Source: an uncultured Ruminococcus sp.
Lineage (GTDB): Bacteria > Bacillota > Clostridia > Oscillospirales > CAG-272
NCBI GenBank assembly: GCA_902795355.1
Contig: CADBKZ010000009.1
Location: 352-64,351, forward strand
Direction of reading: 5' to 3'
Length of the DNA stretch: 64,000 nucleotides
Numbering within the stretch: the stretch's first letter is position 1; each line of letters starts with the position of its first letter. The notes under the pieces were generated by a model that worked only from the letters and a program-made list of their open reading frames with translations, did no database searches and was not told the DNA's origin. A program made the position numbers and the translations under genes. Positions 62,742-64,000 of the stretch are shown in pieces.

Positions 62742-63473
62742 ATGATTAACACTTTGGAAGAGTTTATTACCGAATTTGAAAAAGTGAAAGCGATGGGATG
62801 GATCAAAACACACCGCTCCGGTCCGACAGGTATTGGAAAAACACTTGAAGATTTACTTGGTATCCCTGAAAATAATCTTGATGAGCCTGATTTTGGTGAG
62901 TATGAATTGAAGTCTTGCAGAATAAATTCCAACAGTATGCTTACAATGTTTACTCGGGCTCCAGAACCACGTCGTGCAAATACATTTTTGCGGTTAAAAT
63001 ATGGGTATTCGAGTGATACTTACGACAACGAAGAAAAGGTACTTCATGCAACGCTTTCGGCAGACCGTTTCACACCCATTGCTGATACCGGGCATAAACT
63101 AAAAATTGGTTGTGCTCATTTTGGCATTTATATTGAATCTGAAGATGGTGCTGAAGAAGTTATGTGGCCGCGAGAATTATTAAGAGCAAGTTTTGAAAAG
63201 AAATATAAGAACAAATTTATATATGCAAAAGCGCTCTCACGAGGAGAGGGTGAATTTGAAGAATTTAAGTTTGAAGAGGCTTACGAAGTGGCCGGCTTCG
63301 ATTATGAAGCATTTATCAAATTGCTTGAAGCGGGGAAAATTTACGTTGATCTTCGGATAGGGCAGTATCACCGGGGACGCAATCAAGGCAAGACGCATGA
63401 CCATGGAACGGGTTTTCGGATTAAGGAAAGCGATCAGCCGTTGCTGTTCAAAATCAAATATAAAATTTGTTAA
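62742..63473 (+). CDS. MvaI/BcnI family type II restriction endonuclease
   Basis: GPTGIGKTLEDLLGIPENNLDEPDFGEYELKS and GKTHDHGTGFRI resemble the BcnI motifs (ENN..LGD.GEFELK, GPHDRGPHLRI) as I remember them. ATG 62742 is preferred over TTG 62721. TTGAAA-17-TATAAT promoter upstream. Confidence 0.75.
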   Translation: MINTLEEFITEFEKVKAMGWIKTHRSGPTGIGKTLEDLLGIPENNLDEPDFGEYELKSCRINSNSMLTMFTRAPEPRRANTFLRLKYGYSSDTYDNEEKVLHATLSADRFTPIADTGHKLKIGCAHFGIYIESEDGAEEVMWPRELLRASFEKKYKNKFIYAKALSRGEGEFEEFKFEEAYEVAGFDYEAFIKLLEAGKIYVDLRIGQYHRGRNQGKTHDHGTGFRIKESDQPLLFKIKYKIC

Positions 63474-63477
63474 TATC

Positions 63478-63509
63478 AAAAGGCGAGCTGGAGTGTAAGC
63501 TCGCCTTTT
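63478..63509. terminator. Bidirectional terminator between the convergent R and M genes
   Basis: AAAGGCGAGC-tggagtgta-GCTCGCCTTT. Confidence 0.8.
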
Positions 63510-63513
63510 AATA

Positions 63514-64000
63514 TTATAGCTTTCTCAGAATGACAATATGTTCTTCTGTCATGGTACTGGCGGTCTTTCCAACTTCGTTGGTGGGAGAATTTGCAGAAGG
63601 CATAACTTTATTGACGATATTTCGATTGATCGTATACACATACTGTAAACGATAGTTTTGTGCGATTTCCGCGATAATCTTATCTGTAGGAATCACCTCT
63701 CCCTTTACAGTTCTATTTGCAACTACCCAAAACTGATATCCGTCTTTTTTTGTCTTTTCGGCTATTGTTGCTATGGATTGTTCCAAATCATTATAAAAAC
63801 TAAATACGTCTCCTGCACGCTCTAAGTCAATATCTTTAATCTTATCCAGTATTTCACGCAAAGTAGCGCTTTTCACAGTATATTCGAAGCCGTTTCGATA
63901 TTTCTGACCTCCCATCAATGTTCGATCCATATTCATGATCTCTTTTTCTGATAATTCAAAAAGGTCAAGCCACTGCATGGAAAGTCTACTGTATTCTCCA
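63514..64000 (-). CDS. C-terminal part of a probable cognate DNA methyltransferase (truncated by the window end)
   Basis: The reading frame stays open upstream of M at 63978 up to the window edge (..GEYSRLSMQWLD..). Convergent with the restriction gene. Function is inferred mainly from context; no catalytic motif lies inside the window. Confidence 0.45.
   Translation of the reverse strand, partial: GEYSRLSMQWLDLFELSEKEIMNMDRTLMGGQKYRNGFEYTVKSATLREILDKIKDIDLERAGDVFSFYNDLEQSIATIAEKTKKDGYQFWVVANRTVKGEVIPTDKIIAEIAQNYRLQYVYTINRNIVNKVMPSANSPTNEVGKTASTMTEEHIVILRKL

Larger units (their letters stand above)
61000..64000. mobile_element. Left end of an integrated mobile element (serine recombinase plus type II R-M), continuing beyond the window
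   Basis: Abrupt drop in G+C by eye (recombinase intermediate, 62.5-64 kb AT-rich). Recombinase at the junction, with cargo R-M genes. Confidence 0.7.

Noticed and set aside
1-64000. CRISPR arrays, rRNA genes, IS/transposase genes, toxin-antitoxin pairs
   Set aside because: No regularly spaced identical repeats with unique spacers and no rRNA-like segments. No transposase-like ORFs other than the serine recombinase, and no obvious small TA gene pairs.

Overview
The window is a 64-kb chromosomal segment from a high-G+C Firmicute, probably Clostridia. This placement rests on Firmicute-type cis-regulatory RNAs (T-box, glmS ribozyme, c-di-GMP-I riboswitch), LL-DAP aminotransferase, type III glutamine synthetase and many TTGACA-N17-TATAAT promoters. 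Most of it is dense housekeeping coding. In order: a secreted discoidin/EEP protein with a BNR-sialidase-like protein and an aldolase; an ECF sigma/anti-sigma/acyltransferase-3 module; gtrA-cysS-flavin reductase; aquaporin; purA-purB-guaA plus an extra GMP-synthase ATP-PPase paralogue; glmS (with ribozyme), an LbH acetyltransferase and glmM; and a zinc ABC uptake operon. These are followed by bioY; an AraC-controlled sugar-acid/glycosidase cluster; dapL-dapF-purF-asnB; and a large nitrogen-assimilation cluster (GS type III, Amt-PII fusion, split archaeal-type GOGAT, a second GS, an ANTAR regulator). Three regions stand out. (1) At 11.5-17.2 kb, a lower-G+C cassette sits next to tRNA-Gly. There a c-di-GMP-I riboswitch precedes two uncharacterised secreted proteins (297 aa and 1416 aa) that share an N-terminal W-[FL]-S-N..DAN motif; this is my best candidate for an undescribed system. 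(2) At 34.9-40.0 kb, a T-box leader controls a non-canonical operon: a catalytically degenerate LeuA-like protein, a TIM-barrel/acyl-adenylate ligase fusion and an amidohydrolase. (3) From about 61.0 kb to the window end, a low-G+C mobile element carries a large serine recombinase, an MvaI/BcnI-family restriction enzyme and a truncated probable methyltransferase, with unusual repeats at its junction. All calls come from reading the sequence and ORF translations only, with no searches run. Coordinates of RNA elements, promoters and hairpins are approximate to a few nt. Many long ORFs in the track are GC-rich antisense shadows and were rejected.
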